Shown here piece by piece: positions 12,855-26,113 of a DNA stretch of 64,000 bases. The stretch comes from the human T2T-CHM13v2.0 reference genome, Homo sapiens, in NCBI RefSeq assembly GCF_009914755.1, contig NC_060927.1. One strand, 5' to 3'. The stretch's first letter is position 1. Every line of letters begins with the position of its first letter. The notes under the pieces were generated by a model. That model made no database searches. It was not told where the DNA came from and saw only the letters and a program-made list of their open reading frames with translations. Position numbers and translations under genes: made by a program.

Positions 12855-13106
12855 TAGACATTATCTCCTCCAGAAAACTGCTCCAGACATACCAGATTGG
12901 ACTAAACCACTGTCCTGTAGGTAACTCAACCTTGGAACTTAGTAAAATTCTAATAATAATTAAATACATATTTATTCCCATAATAGGTCTTTCTTTATTA
13001 GACTTCCAGGTCTTCAGAGAGAGAAGTACAGTTCTACCTTCCTCTTCAGCACTGCGGCCCGATGCTGGGCACATAGTAGGTATTCAAAAAATGCTTACTG
13101 AACTGA
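12855..13106 (+). mobile_element. L2 3' end
   Basis: GGCACATAGTAGGTATTCAAAAAATGCTTACTGAACTGA, an L2 terminal motif. Confidence 0.65.
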
Positions 13107-14299
13107 TTTGAGACATTCTGTGTCCCTCATTGTCTGAGACCATATATGGCTTCCACCCTTCAGATGGAAACCTGCTTCTCTTCTTCAGGTTATTTAAATA
13201 GTTGTCCACTGTTGAATCTTGGAGGTGCTACATTGAGGTTTTCTTTTGTTATATTTTCAGTTCCTCTTACATGACAAATATAGAAAATCACATATATATT
13301 GAACATTTTGACCATATTCTCTATAAACATTTATAAAAAGGGCAGAGTTAAACATCTTGGGGGAAACTGTGGTTTTGATCTAGAAATGTGTGTATCTGTT
13401 TATGGAATCCCATGCAGGAAGGTGTGATAGAAGAGAAACATAAGAAGAAAAAGTCTGCCACTTTCTCAAAAGGTTTTAGCTTCTGCTAGAAGTTTCTCTT
13501 CTCTCTTCATAGACTTCTCAATCTATATCCCTAAGGTAGCTCCTGTGTCATTTTTTTGTCCCTGACAAAACAAAGCAACACTTTCACTAAGCCAAATCCC
13601 CTCAAAATAAGGTTATTAATGCACCAAACTTACATGCAAAAATCAGCAGAACGTGGGCATGACATGTCTGAATGTTTGCTGACCATTAATTTAAATTCCA
13701 GAAGATACCTCCCAGGACTGGGTTATACCTATGAATTTATTATTTTCCCCATGTCAACTATGTTGATTATTCTTACCATTAAACAGGAAAATGTGAAACA
13801 TAATTGATAATATATCACATTAAATTTTGTGATTATCAATTTGTAACAAGAATACATGGTGATGGAGGAGAGATAAGGCATGACTAGAGGCACAAATACA
13901 TTTTCAAAAATTTTCTGAGGCTATATGTAAATATATGTAGAGGATATTTTGGTGACTTGCTTTCAATGAGTCTTGTTTATTAATAAATCCTTCAGCAAGG
14001 CAAAGGAATCTTGATGATGATCTGTAGGCAGAGAACCTATAACATGTCTCTACCAGCCCTTCACATATCTGAGGGCTGGAGGAAAGGTAGGTAGGAGTAA
14101 GGCATATAGATCAAGACACTCCCCTGCCATTGCTGCCCACCAGTCTCAATATCTAGGACATCTGGTGTATACTCATTTCACTTAATGTTGTTCTTTTCTC
14201 AAGTTAACCCTGTCTGTTTTGCCATTAAACATTTTTTTATCCAATCCCCAGAGGAAAGCAGTCTAATAGACTCATCACAGGAAAGTGTTTTTGATTGAA

Positions 14300-14510
14300 A
14301 CAAGAATAGTAAATATCACTTATTGAATCTGGACAATGGTTCAAAAATTTCTACTAATCATCACAGTAAAGATATAATTGTTTATCCTTAAGCTACAGCT
14401 AAGGAAACTGCAGCTTAGAGACACTTAATAACATATTCAAAATTATATAGTTAGTAAATGACAAAGCCAACGGCATTTGAAACCAGGTCACAGGACTCTA
14501 GAGGCCATGT
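14300..14510 (-). mobile_element. MIR relic
   Basis: ACAGCTAAGGAAACTGCAGCTTAGAG...AGTTAGTAAATGACAAAGCC...ATTTGAAACCAGGTC...GACTCTAGAG. Confidence 0.65.
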
Positions 14511-14892
14511 TAATGAGACCACCACTATAGGATAATTTTAGGAGAAGGAAAATATTTGAGGCATGAAAAGTTAAACTAATGGCAATTATCTTTAATGATA
14601 GAATTTCAGACATTGTGGCAGATGGATGTAGAGAGATTTCTTGGGAAATGGTAGACAGAGAGTATTTAAAATCACAGTATAAAGGCAATTGCTATATCTG
14701 TTTAAACATAATTTTGGAAACAAACAATGTAAGAGAGAAATCAAGCTTAGCAACTTTTATTCTCTTTTCCTATATCATTCTCCCCTTGTCTCCACCGTCT
14801 ACATAGAGGTTGAATGTGGACAAATGATCAGTTTTCTAATTGAACTAGTTGTCAAGATTTTATACTATGTTAATTATACATAAAGATTCTTA

Positions 14893-15130
14893 TCTCTGGT
14901 TTCTCTAAAAAGCTGGGAAATCTAGCAATACTGAGCATGCATTTCTTCACAACAACAAGAAGCCAGACCTGAATAATGGCTGGGATCCATGGATGAGGAC
15001 TATGTTTTGATTCATCAGTCTGCCTGGCCCACTGCCCTCATTTGTGATACCTGCCTTGCAGGACTTTTGCATGCAACCTGCACTGCTACACACAGCTGCC
15101 TACCTTCTGTAGACATTTGAGCGCCCTGAC
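14893..15130. mobile_element. MER102-like hAT-Charlie relic
   Basis: CTGGTTTCTCTAAAAAGCTGGGAAATCTAGCAATACTGAGC...CATTTGAG...CCCTG resembles recalled MER102. Confidence 0.5.
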
Positions 15131-15250
15131 CTTTCTACTGTTATTAATGCATCTAATGTGAGATCAGTCTATAAACATAAAATTTTGGCAGGCAGGGATG
15201 TGTCTGAAATGACAATTGTATTTCAGTGGTCATTTACTCAATGGTTAAAG

Positions 15251-15436
15251 CAATGGTTTTCAGACTCTGCCGTTCATCAGAGTCACCTGGCCAGCTTGTT
15301 AAAACAGATGAGAGGGCTCCGGCTTCAGAGCTTCTGATTCACTGAGTTTGGACTGAGCTCAGAAGTTTGCGTACCTCACACAGTCTTAGGTAATGCTGAT
15401 GCGGCTGATACAGGGATCACACTTTGTGAACCACTG
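15251..15436 (-). mobile_element. MER5A hAT-Charlie MITE
   Basis: Terminal inverted repeats CAATGGTTTTCA / TGTGAACCACTG; internal CATCAGAGTCACCTGG...CTTGTTAAAACAGAT...TTCTGATTCA...ATGCTGATGCGGCTG. Confidence 0.85.
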
Positions 15437-17868
15437 CTTTAGGGGAAGCATTTTTATGACTGTGGACTGGATCATGATAATATTAATACTCTGTCTTCTG
15501 CCACTTTTGGTTCCTTCCTGTGTAATTTGCTTCCCGATTTTTCTTGAATATATATATATTTTGCTTTTCACCAAAATAAAACACTTTTCTCTCTTTTATC
15601 TTCCTGGAAATTCTCCAAGGCCACAGTTAACAGCTGTTCCTCTGGAATGGCATAGAGACAGGTATATGGTCCTGATGACACATGGATTTCCTTTCCTGCC
15701 TTGTTTTTATGAGGGTTTTTCCTCTGACATGTTCAGTATCATGGTCATAAGGAATTTGTGACTGCTGTCCAGATGCCCCCTACACTGAGGCCAATACCAG
15801 ACAGATTTGAAAATGAAGGGGTTTTCTACTTCCAACAGATCGGAGTCCATATCCATATCTTCTGCAAATCTATTTTTACTACACAGATGGCTGGAATCAT
15901 CCAGAAGAGTCACACTTTGAAATTTAGAAAAAGTGAGCGTATTGTAAGAAAAAATAGTTTGGCAGGTTTTTTTTCTTCTGGTCATTTTCCACTGTGTGTA
16001 TTTTTTCCCTATATATTCCTTCTCATATTCTTAATGATCGCTTTTAAGCTACTTTCCCCAAATATGTGGCTCATTCTTCAAGCCTCTCTCTAAATAAATT
16101 GCAACATATGCTATATGCAATTCATATCGTTCTCAATTCATTTCTAAAAAAGGGACACAGGACAGCACAACTAGGAGGCATTGAGAAAAAGTAAGCCTTA
16201 TGTGGAGTGGACGTCCAGTTCCAGCAGTGAGAAGTGGACAGAAGTCTGTGTAGCCAGAATCATTCGTGTTGATTTCCTATTTTCTTGGCTTGCACAGAGG
16301 TTGTAAACATTTCCTTCCTGGTAATGACCTTTCAAGTTCTTATGACATTTAATAGATGATTTTTTAAAAAAGAAGAAAAGGAAAACCACAGAGGCATATT
16401 TGTTAAGGGCTTAATTTAACAGAAATGCTTAATTAGAGGAAGGTGGGCAATGACCAATATGAGGAAGGTACACCAACACTGATTTTTTTAAGGAAATAGC
16501 CATCGTTTTTGGTCAACAATATCTCTTTGGTTACCGTTGCACGTAGGCACAGAAGGAGCACCTGCTCTAGGAAACATGGGAAACAAAAGGCAAACATACA
16601 TTAAATAGAGACATTAATTGGAGGATGTTATTTATTAAGCACCAACCTTGTACCAGGTTTCATATAAATCATGGGGTTATAGTCTATCAAAGTTACTTCA
16701 ATTTGCATTTAATTATAAAGGTGTATGTTCTTGTAAGAAAATCCATTATGTAACCATTAAATTTTATGAAGCAGAGGATTTAGGTTTTGATTGTTCACTT
16801 TGAAAAATGATTCTGAGTACAAAAATATTCCTATAAATAGAGAGTTCAACCTAGTGCATTTAACTTTTTATTTATAGATCATTCGCTGTTTAACAAAAAG
16901 TGGGACAGGGCAGAGACTTGAAGCTAAGTCATTAGGATTTCAAAATGAAGATAAAGAATCTCTGAAATCATAGAGTAAGTTTCTGGTGACTTACGATTTA
17001 GGTTACAAAGGCTGATTTATGCAGTGCTTTTCAGATATACATTACTGGTATATCTGAGTAAGGCAAAATGTAACTTGAATTTGAAAGTAAGAAACCATTT
17101 AATGTGGTATTATTTTCCAATGGACATGAAGAAATAAACCTTTTCTCAAAGTTTTCTCCCTATATTGCTCTTCCATCACTTGTCAAGCATAGGATCTACT
17201 TTTAGTTATATGTAATTTCACTTCAGGACATCATTAGCTGCATTTTACTTATGTTAGAAAAAGGCTCAGGATGCCTACACTTGCTTTCTTTGAAAAAAAA
17301 GAATAAGATATATCAAGGAATTGATATCAAGATAGGAGAATTCTTATAATGTGAGTTGAATGGTCTCGGTAAAGATTCCTCTTAATACGTTTCTAATAAG
17401 AATTAAGAGTAGAAAGAGGGCGAAGGGGCAAATGACTCCTGCCTAAAGGCTTTTTGCTTTCTTTCATACAGTGAATCAGTTACTAAAGAAAATGCTAGAA
17501 TGGTTCTAAGAATCATCCAGATCCTCAGTCTTATTTTAAATCATTACCTAGTGATAATGATTCTACCAAGTTTGAAACCAGGCACACGAGAATGGAAGTG
17601 AACAAAACAAATTGGTGGCCCATCCATCTCTAGCTTTGAGTTAGCAAAGCTACTTCAAATTGCTTCTTTTCTCACTTGAAGATCTGTTTTTTGTTTGTTT
17701 CCTTTCAACAAAGCTATTCAAGGAAATGCAATGATTCCATGAGAACCCAGCTTGGTAGCTCAGCTTTTGGTTATTAATATAGTTGGTGCTGTGATGAACC
17801 AAAAAGCACAAAGTGCAAAGTGTTTCCCAAGATGAGACAAATGAATCTTCTTCCAAGAAGATGGGAAG

Positions 17869-17871
<3 letters not shown>

Positions 17872-17958
<87 letters not shown>
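17872..17958 (+). repeat. Compound microsatellite (TG)~21(GA)~23
   Basis: Read directly from the sequence. Confidence 0.98.
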
Positions 17959-17962
<4 letters not shown>

Positions 17963-19123
17963 GAGAGAGAAAGGCAATTTGTTAAAGGATATCCCAGTGG
18001 TCTTCATTTTCCTATATGGCTGACAGCTTTATTTAATTTTGGAAAGTGTTATTGAGAGATGTTTATTGGTGTAGATCCAGTATTTTGCTTTTTGAGAGAG
18101 TGGTTAGAAGCTTTTTATTCTATAGTTTTAGAATACCAGCTATCTCTGCATATCACTGCCATTCTGTTAGATAAATGACAATTATTTCTGATTTTATGAG
18201 CTGTTCCTCTTACCCTCAAAAAAGTGCTCTGTAGCATATAGATTTGTGTTTAAAATAAACAAAATAGAAATGAGACTATTGTAATACGTGCAAAAATAAT
18301 TGTATAAACCCAGGTATCTCCAAAATGAAATAAGTTATTTCTCAACCTACACCACAGATACAGAGATAGAACATGAATTTGTATTGTTGCCAACTTTGAT
18401 CTCTCTTTCTGGGAAGAGTTAAGTGTGTGTTTTAACAGGTTGAACCCTTCAGACTAAGAATTGGTAACAAATTCTTGAATATTGTTCTTCAGATTCGTTT
18501 TCAGCTTGCTCCCTGGTTTTAGCTCAAACAGTGGCTCATCCTGTTATACTTACAATGAACTAAAATAATTTCTAAGATTATGCCTCGAGTGATTTACATG
18601 TACCTTTCAGTTGTGGGCGTTATCCTCTAGTATAAGCTTTTTGGCTAAATGAAGTTTAAGTATCTATAATCCCTCACTCATTTTATTCCCAAAGTAGAGT
18701 GTGTTCATGTAGACAGTAATTGAACCATACTTTCTGAAAATGAAGTCTTGTAGAAGATATATGAATAAACCAGGTCCAGGTGAATATGCTTTCCTTCTAG
18801 CTTTCTCCTTTCCATTCATTCTTGCTACATGCTGTGTCTGTAGATTGCCTTTCTTCATATTGGAGCAGTGGTATTTTAGGTGGGGTCAGGGCTTTAGTTA
18901 TAAGGAGGCAGAAGAAAAACCTTAGTCTGAGTTTGTTGTCAGCTTCCCGTTTAAGCTAGCTTCCATCAAAGAAGAGGGCTTAAAGCACTAACAATGAAAT
19001 ATAACTTTATCTTTTTAAATTTGGGTGTTTATTTTTGTCTCTAACAGCCATCTCTTTGGAGAAGTAATTAGCTTCTTAGTAAAGGGCAAATTTCAGGTTG
19101 CCTTATATTTTAGCCAATACCAT

Positions 19124-19627
19124 TTTAGTAGACAGAATCATGATCTCCTATAGATGTCTTTGAGTATTCCTAATCCCCAGAACTTGTAATGAGCTATATC
19201 ACACGGCAAGAAGGGATTCAGATTGCAGATAGAATAAAGGGTGCTGACCTTAATTAAATTCAAACTAGTGAGATTACTTTGGATTACCTGGTGAGCCCAC
19301 TGTAACCACAAGTGTCCTTAAATGAGGAGGAGAAAGGCAGAAGAGGTAGAAGCAGAGAGATAATATTGTGGGAAAGACTGGCTTTGAAGGTGGAACAAGG
19401 CCACCAGACAAGAAATGCAGGTAGCCTCTAGAAGTTGGAAAAGGCAAGAAAATGGGTTCCCCCCTAGAGCCTTTAGAAAGAAAGGCCTTGCTGCCAGCTC
19501 CTTGATTTTAGCCCAGTGACACCTGTGTTGGATATTGGCCTTCCAAAATTGTAAGATAACACATTTTCGTTGTTTTAAACCACTGAGTTTGTGATAATTT
19601 ATTACAATGGCAATAGAAAACTATACA
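19124..19627 (+). mobile_element. MaLR solo LTR, MLT1D-like
   Basis: CCTAATCCCCAGAAC...GGATTACCTGGTGAGCCC...GCCTCTAGAAGTTGGAAAAGGCAAG...TTGATTTTAGCCCAGTGA...GTAAGATAA...GTTGTTTTAAACCACT...CAATAGAAAACTATACA. Confidence 0.88.
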
Positions 19628-21570
19628 ACTATGAGGTATCATCTTAATCCAATCCCCAACCCAAACTCACTTTTCATATCTAACATGTTTGAGTAGCCCT
19701 TTTTGAAACAATGTGCACCAGTTACCTAGGATTCTAATGTCCTTAGTCAACTTCCTTTTTTCAACTTCACTTCCTCGGAGGGACCTCTTTTCATTTTTTA
19801 CTTTAGTCAATAAATAACTCAATGTGAGAGACAAAAAATGAAATATTAACAGGGTAGAGGATCCCATTGTGGAGTAAAGAAACTTTATCATTTAGATTGG
19901 GTTGTTTGTATGTGTGCACGCACACAGAATTTCATCAATCTAAATGATGTAACAACACAAATTTGTGAAGAAAAGTCCCATACATTTTCTATAGAAGTTG
20001 ATGATTTTAAAACAAAATATAGAAACATAAAATGAATTATGTTGCCCTCCACCAAAAAAAAGGACAAAGACTGAAAAAGTCCCATTATACCAAGAACTAG
20101 TTCAGGTCAATGAACTGTGGCTCACACGAAGGTCTTCTCGAAAAACAGCTGTATTTTGGGGGTCTTGGTCTAAAAATATCTGGCCAACAATTGCATTTGT
20201 AACTTCATTTGATATAGCACTCTGGCAATAAAGTTCCCCTTGTTTGGCTGGTAAATATTTTATCCCATAAAGCCTTGAATTTCAATAGGGCAATGATTAT
20301 GAGATGAATGAAGCTTCAATACTTTAAAAAATATTGTATTTACACAGCGTGTTGTTTATAAGTTTTATAATTATTGTGATGCTTTGTTTATGCTTTGTGC
20401 AGATGTTTCTTTGATTCTTAGGATAATGGCTTATTACATTTATAAGTTTGATATATGAATTTATCCAAGGTTTTTAAATGCTTAAATTTTACTTTTGAAA
20501 GTTGTTTTTTCTTTCAGATACTTGAAGTGTTTGGACATATTAAGTTGTGTGATTTGACATGTTTAAGGAGTCTGTTCAACTAAGTGTGTAAATGGTTTTA
20601 ATGCTTCCCAAACAAGATCTCCTAAGATCTTAATCCTTTACATTCATAAACAAATTGATCATTAATAAAAAAAAGCTTTTGCTCTTATATAAAACTACTA
20701 TATTTTTTTAAAAAATAAGATTTTAAAGCTGATGCTAGAAGCTAAAGAAAAACTAAGTTTTGAAAGTAGTTACATTTAGAGTTTAATTATACATTAAAGA
20801 GAACTAACCACAAATAGATATTCATGCTCTTAACCACCCCCGAGCCAGAAATTAAAAACCTTAATTGACAATTCATATGAGACATTTGAAGGAAGAAAGA
20901 CATTTTGATGAATTTCAAGGATTCAACATTCATTCAGCACATTTATTGAATGCTTAGGTGTTAGGCACTGTGCTGAACACAGTGCAAAGGGCTTAAAGCA
21001 ATGCTTGATGTACAGGATATGTTCAGTGAGTAAGGGCTGCTGTTGTTAATAGAAGCCACCTTTGGATCCCCAGTACCTAACAGTACTTGAATGTATATAC
21101 GTGCATGTTTACATTAAGTGTATCTGTCTATACCTAGGCCTGTGTCCACGTCCATATCCATATCTATCGTTTTGCATCTAGCAAGTTTTTTGAAAGAGGG
21201 ACTAGAAATACAAGAGTATGAAAACTAGTAGAGATTTAAGGAATTCCTTTGTTGACTCACAGTAGACACATGCATGCGGGTGTCCACACATGTTCAAATC
21301 TGGTATAAACCTAGAAACAGATTGTGACCAGTCTTTTGGAGGGAATGTGAAAACAAATCTCTGAAATAAGCAGTTAAAAATTAAAACAAACACCCACTTT
21401 TCCCTCATTTGGCACACTTTTTGATAAGTAGGAAATGGAGGCCTGGGACATGAGGTGACTTGCTCAAGAGCCCTCAGCACAATTCCAGTAGTAAGATTTC
21501 TGCCTTATGCTTTAGCCAGATTCTGGTAGTGATAACCCTACAAGAGATAATCTAAAAAGCATTAATCTAG

Positions 21571-21600
21571 AAACAAACAAACAAACAAACAAACAAAAAA
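21571..21600 (+). repeat. (AAAC)6 plus A-run
   Basis: Read directly from the sequence. Confidence 0.9.
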
Positions 21601-23814
21601 TGCTTCACTCATCTTTGTTAAGTGATAGGGCTCTGCTTTGCAGCTGCAGAGATCCTTTCCAGTTCGATCAACTTCAAGCTGAAGGGTACCTGTTTGTGTA
21701 CAGGATAACTGGCCACTTGAATTCTAACCAAGTACTCTGAATTTAGTAAGTGAAACCCATTATGTCTATAAATAACATCATCATACTTGATAGTACACTT
21801 CATTCCTGTTATTGTTTCTACTTCAACCAATACATTGTTGAATGTACTGGTACATTATACAATACCTACAATACAATACATATTGAATGTATTGGTACAT
21901 TGCACAACCAATACATAGTCCTGTTGAAATATACTGTGGTCTTTTTGAAACTATCAGAACATCAACCTCTAATAAATGCTGCACTCTCTTTACAGCCTTG
22001 CATTCAGCATCTGAAACAGGGCCAAGCATCATATACTGAAGGAGCAGGTTTGTTTGCTATGGTATTTGTCAATCTCTAAGTTATTTAGGCCTGAAATATC
22101 CCTGTTCCCCTTATAACCTATTCTAGTTCTATCTGTGTGAAGGTTTTAACCCTTTTTTGAATGTATTTAAATATTGACTTAATGCTAGCTTTTGAGTATG
22201 AGTCTGAAAGTTCACCATCTGCTAAATAAAATGCAAACTTCTATGTATTTCCCCAAATGCTACTTTATCAAGTTCAAGGTGGTGATTCCTTTAGTATATA
22301 GATTATTTCCTTTCTTTTTATCCAAAAGACGGTCTATCTTTAGATCTGTTTTTAGTTGTTTCCTTCACTTTTAGCGAGTCCATATCCACATTCTTCTGAG
22401 CCTAACTGGAGTCACAAAATAGAAGTCAGCATTGTTTTAGAGTTTAGATAGCTCTCTTAGATGTGCTTACATTATTTCTATTTAAGCCACTTTGTTTTCC
22501 TTCTTGAGAAATGCTTTGAAAAGTTTAAAACACTTTCACCCCTATAATTTTGGCTCAGTTTTTCAGAGTACTAAATAAGATGCATGAAGGTGAATGCTTT
22601 TTTTCCCCTTCATTTCTTTTATTTTTTTTTAAAGATATATTCTGCCTCTTCTTTCATTTGTATAATTTCCACTCACTGGGGGATGTAAGCAGTTTGTATA
22701 AGCTTTTTTTTTTTATCTAACCTCCATTTTATTATTCTTTTCTTTGACAGTTTTATGTCCTTACTACACTTCTACCTTCATTTTTCCCTTTTTTGATTTC
22801 AGTAAAATCTAAATGTCATCATCTCATAAGTATATTTTTCTCAGTGTTGTCATGACTTTTAATCCAGCTGAAAATTTCTAATCCATGAAGGGTCTCCTGT
22901 GTGAATATCTGGGAATAAGAATGAAGGGTTAGTTAATTATACATAGCCCCTTCTGTTCAAAGTTCTGTAAAACCTGGTTTAAAACTTTATCAAATGGTTT
23001 CATACCAAAATAGAAAGTCTTGTGTTTAATCAAAAGTAGAGTAATATTATTTTTAATTTAATTTATAAAGCTTAACAATTTCATGAAGCTAAGATGTTCA
23101 TAGTAGAGATATAGACTATAGTAGCAGAGTGTCCATTACAAGTACAAGGGCCTGTGGATTCACCTTTCTGAGAAAACTTTGTCTTTCTGGAGAAAAATAC
23201 ACATCAGCCATTTAAGATCTGAACCTAAGAGTCATTAAAATTTCTATAAAAAATGCTCAACCTTACAGAAAATTAAAATGAGATGTAAGACATTGGAAGG
23301 GTTCTCTTCAGGAAATCTCATGGAAAGGTACCAATGAAGAAAGAGGGATCATTCTCTTAAGAAGAACATGCTTTCCATGTGAATGTGTTTAAAAGATGCA
23401 TTCTAGACAAGTGCCTTGTGACTATGAACCAGAACTACTAAGGAAATGGTTAACAGGTAAATTCACACTTTCTATGAAAATTTGAATTACAAAAGATTAG
23501 CTTTGAGAGACAAGGAACTAAAATTTTGTGAACTAGTCAGGTGGAAGGGAAAAAAATCTCTCCTAGTGAATGAATAGTCAGAGGGAAATGATGCTACAAA
23601 ACAAGGAATAATTGTTGCCATAGCACATGTCTCGTTCCTGCTCTGGACTATGGAAGGGAATTGATATAAACACTGAATATAGAATATTCCCAAGGTCTTG
23701 TAAGGGATTAGCATAAAGCAGTTATAAGGACTATCTCCCCTTTAATGTACCCTGTCTAATGAATTGTTCTCATGTAAGGCATCGTGTTACAAATGGATGT
23801 TAGTTTTGGTTTAC

Positions 23815-24030
23815 TTTATACTTTATGGTTTACAACGTGCCTTCACATAGTTTTTCCTCATTGGAATCTTACACTAGCTCTGGAAATAGGAAAAGCAGTT
23901 GCCATGTGACAGATGAAAAAACTGAAGCTCAGCGAGGTTATGTGACTTCCCATAGTCATACACTTGACATAGGCCAGTGCTTTTATTAAAATCTTAGGCT
24001 CTGATTCCTCACTTAGCTGCCTTTCCACCA
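23815..24030 (-). mobile_element. MIR SINE
   Basis: ACAGATGAAAAAACTGAAGCTCAGCGAGGTTATGTGACTTCCCATAGTCATAC, antisense MIR core. Confidence 0.75.
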
Positions 24031-24163
24031 ACATCCTTTTCTTAAAATAGTTACTGTGGAAAGACTTAAACTCAAGGATCATGCACGAGAGATAAAACGA
24101 AAGACCAAAGAAAGGACAACATTTCATTATTGTGAGGTTCCTAGCGGCGATATTTCTTTACAT

Positions 24164-24381
24164 CTGGTGTTGAAAAACTATGGCCCAGTGCCAATTTAGC
24201 TTACCACCTGTTATTGTAAATAAAGTTCTATTAGAACACAGCTATCTCCATTTGTTTATGAATCACCTTTGGCTCCTTTTGATCTACAACAGGAGAGTAA
24301 CCTGTGACAGAGACTGTATGACCTGCAATGCCTAAAATATCTACTCTGTGACCCCTAACAAAATACATTTTTCAGCCTCTG
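24164..24381 (+). mobile_element. MER58A hAT-Charlie MITE
   Basis: AAACTATGGCCC...CCTGTTATTGTAAATAAAGTTCTATTAGAACACAGC...GACAGAGACTGTATGACCTGCAATGCCTAAAATATCTACT is colinear with recalled MER58A. Confidence 0.85.
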
Positions 24382-26113
24382 CTCTAAATCCCTAGTAAAT
24401 AGTGTATCATAGCATCAAGCTTATTATATTAGTTAATATTTACATTTAAGGAAAGCCCTTTAATTTTTATAGTACAAGTCCGTAAAAATGTTTTCTGATT
24501 TAATTTACTGAATCTTTGAGGCTCTAATTCTGGAAAATGTTATAAATATGCATAATTTATGGTCATAATGAGAGAAAATACTTCTAATGATCTGCCTTCA
24601 AAACTCAAACTGATAAAATGGCATCAAACATCACATGACTAGAATTAATAGAATTTGGAATCAAACATGAGGAACATATCATTTACTGGCTGATTATAAG
24701 TTACAGGATGATTTTTCCTTATGCATTGTTGTCCTGGGTCCTTTCAGGACAGAGCCAGCCATCATTTGCCTGCCATCATGTGGATGACGGCACCCCTGTG
24801 GGATTCATTTCCCTGCTGTGTCCAGATCAGATATTCTTATGAACATTAGCAACTAGGACAGATTTTTATGGTTATATATGATTATTTCTAACACCCAAAT
24901 TTTGTCATTTTTAAAGTCGTAAGCATCAGCATATAGTCTGCCTTAACTTGTATATATAACTTTTTACCTTCTTGAAGACAATAACTATTTCATATTTGTA
25001 TGTTCTTTAGTGGCATCTGCTTAGAGTCCATTAGTCTAGACAGTTCTCCATGAACAGGCTTGGAGAGCAACATTAACTTAGAATGTTCAGATGAAAACAT
25101 TCTGTTCTTTGCTTGGTCTGTCAATCTCTGTTGGCAGCCGAGAGTTTCCTCCTTTATAGCAACAGAGGAAAAAAATAAAACAATTCCGAAGCATTTTGGT
25201 CCTTTCTTGATTTGGAACTATGAAAATGCTAGTTTATCCAAATTACTCTGTGAATTGTTATGTTAGAAGATAGTCCCTCTGCCCTAAAGACAGTCTATAG
25301 AACTGTAACAGAATTCCAATATATGAATAGAGTCAGGGAGGCAATTTGATGAGCAGGCAAAGTTGGACTCCTGCTTTCTTTGCCTTCTCTTTCTGTATTT
25401 CTTTTATCTCAATAGCTTTTCCTCCCAATTCCACCTTCAACTGCCTAGCGCTTGTGTGCTTACCACATCCCTTCTTTCCGAATGAAAAGTGGATCTGGGA
25501 ATTTTAATAAAAACAGTCTTGGTTATATAATTAATTAGTTTTCTAAGAAACATTTCAACAAAATAATAAAACTTAATATATTCCTTTTAAAATAAAGCAA
25601 ACAATCATAACAAAAAGTTTAATACAAAGTTATGAACCATTAAGGAAATATTTTGGGGACTGCTAATTACCCAATGGCAGCAATGTTTTAGAAAAAGAAA
25701 TTCTGGTTTTCTATAAATTGTATGACCACAGTGACTCCCTATGCATGAATGAGAATCATTCCATGTCTGGGTTGGTGGATAAGAAGATATAAAAAACCAA
25801 ATGGGGCAAACTAGAATGGATCAGAGCCTGGAGTCTAGATTATAACAAAGGGTCTGACTGATACTTAAATTAACTCACAACAAAGTTAGATTTACCTGTA
25901 CCTTAAAACCACAGGACAACACTGAGTCTCAATGCCAAGAGATTTCATGGACAGAGTAGTTTCAAACTACACCCATAGGTGCCAGGTTTTAAATTATAAG
26001 TAGGCAGGCTGTGTCTTAGCATCCTTGAGTTCTATTCAGACCGGTAAGGAGAGATATACAGCAAGTCACAAAATAAGAGGTCTACAGGTGTGTGCCAGAG
26101 TCTGGCTCTCTCA

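Noticed and set aside
13655-13670. p53 response element (GGGCATGACATGTCT)
   Set aside because: The two half-sites overlap and are mismatched; this is not a proper pair of RRRCWWGYYY decamers.
17774-18023. ORFs with CVCV/ERER and SLSL/HTHT runs
   Set aside because: Translation of the (TG)n(GA)n microsatellite.
26040-26113. 5' inversion (twin priming) or TSD for the truncated L1
   Set aside because: The upstream flank is not recognisably inverted L1, and the only candidate TSD (GAGAGATA) is short, purine-rich and displaced from the junction.
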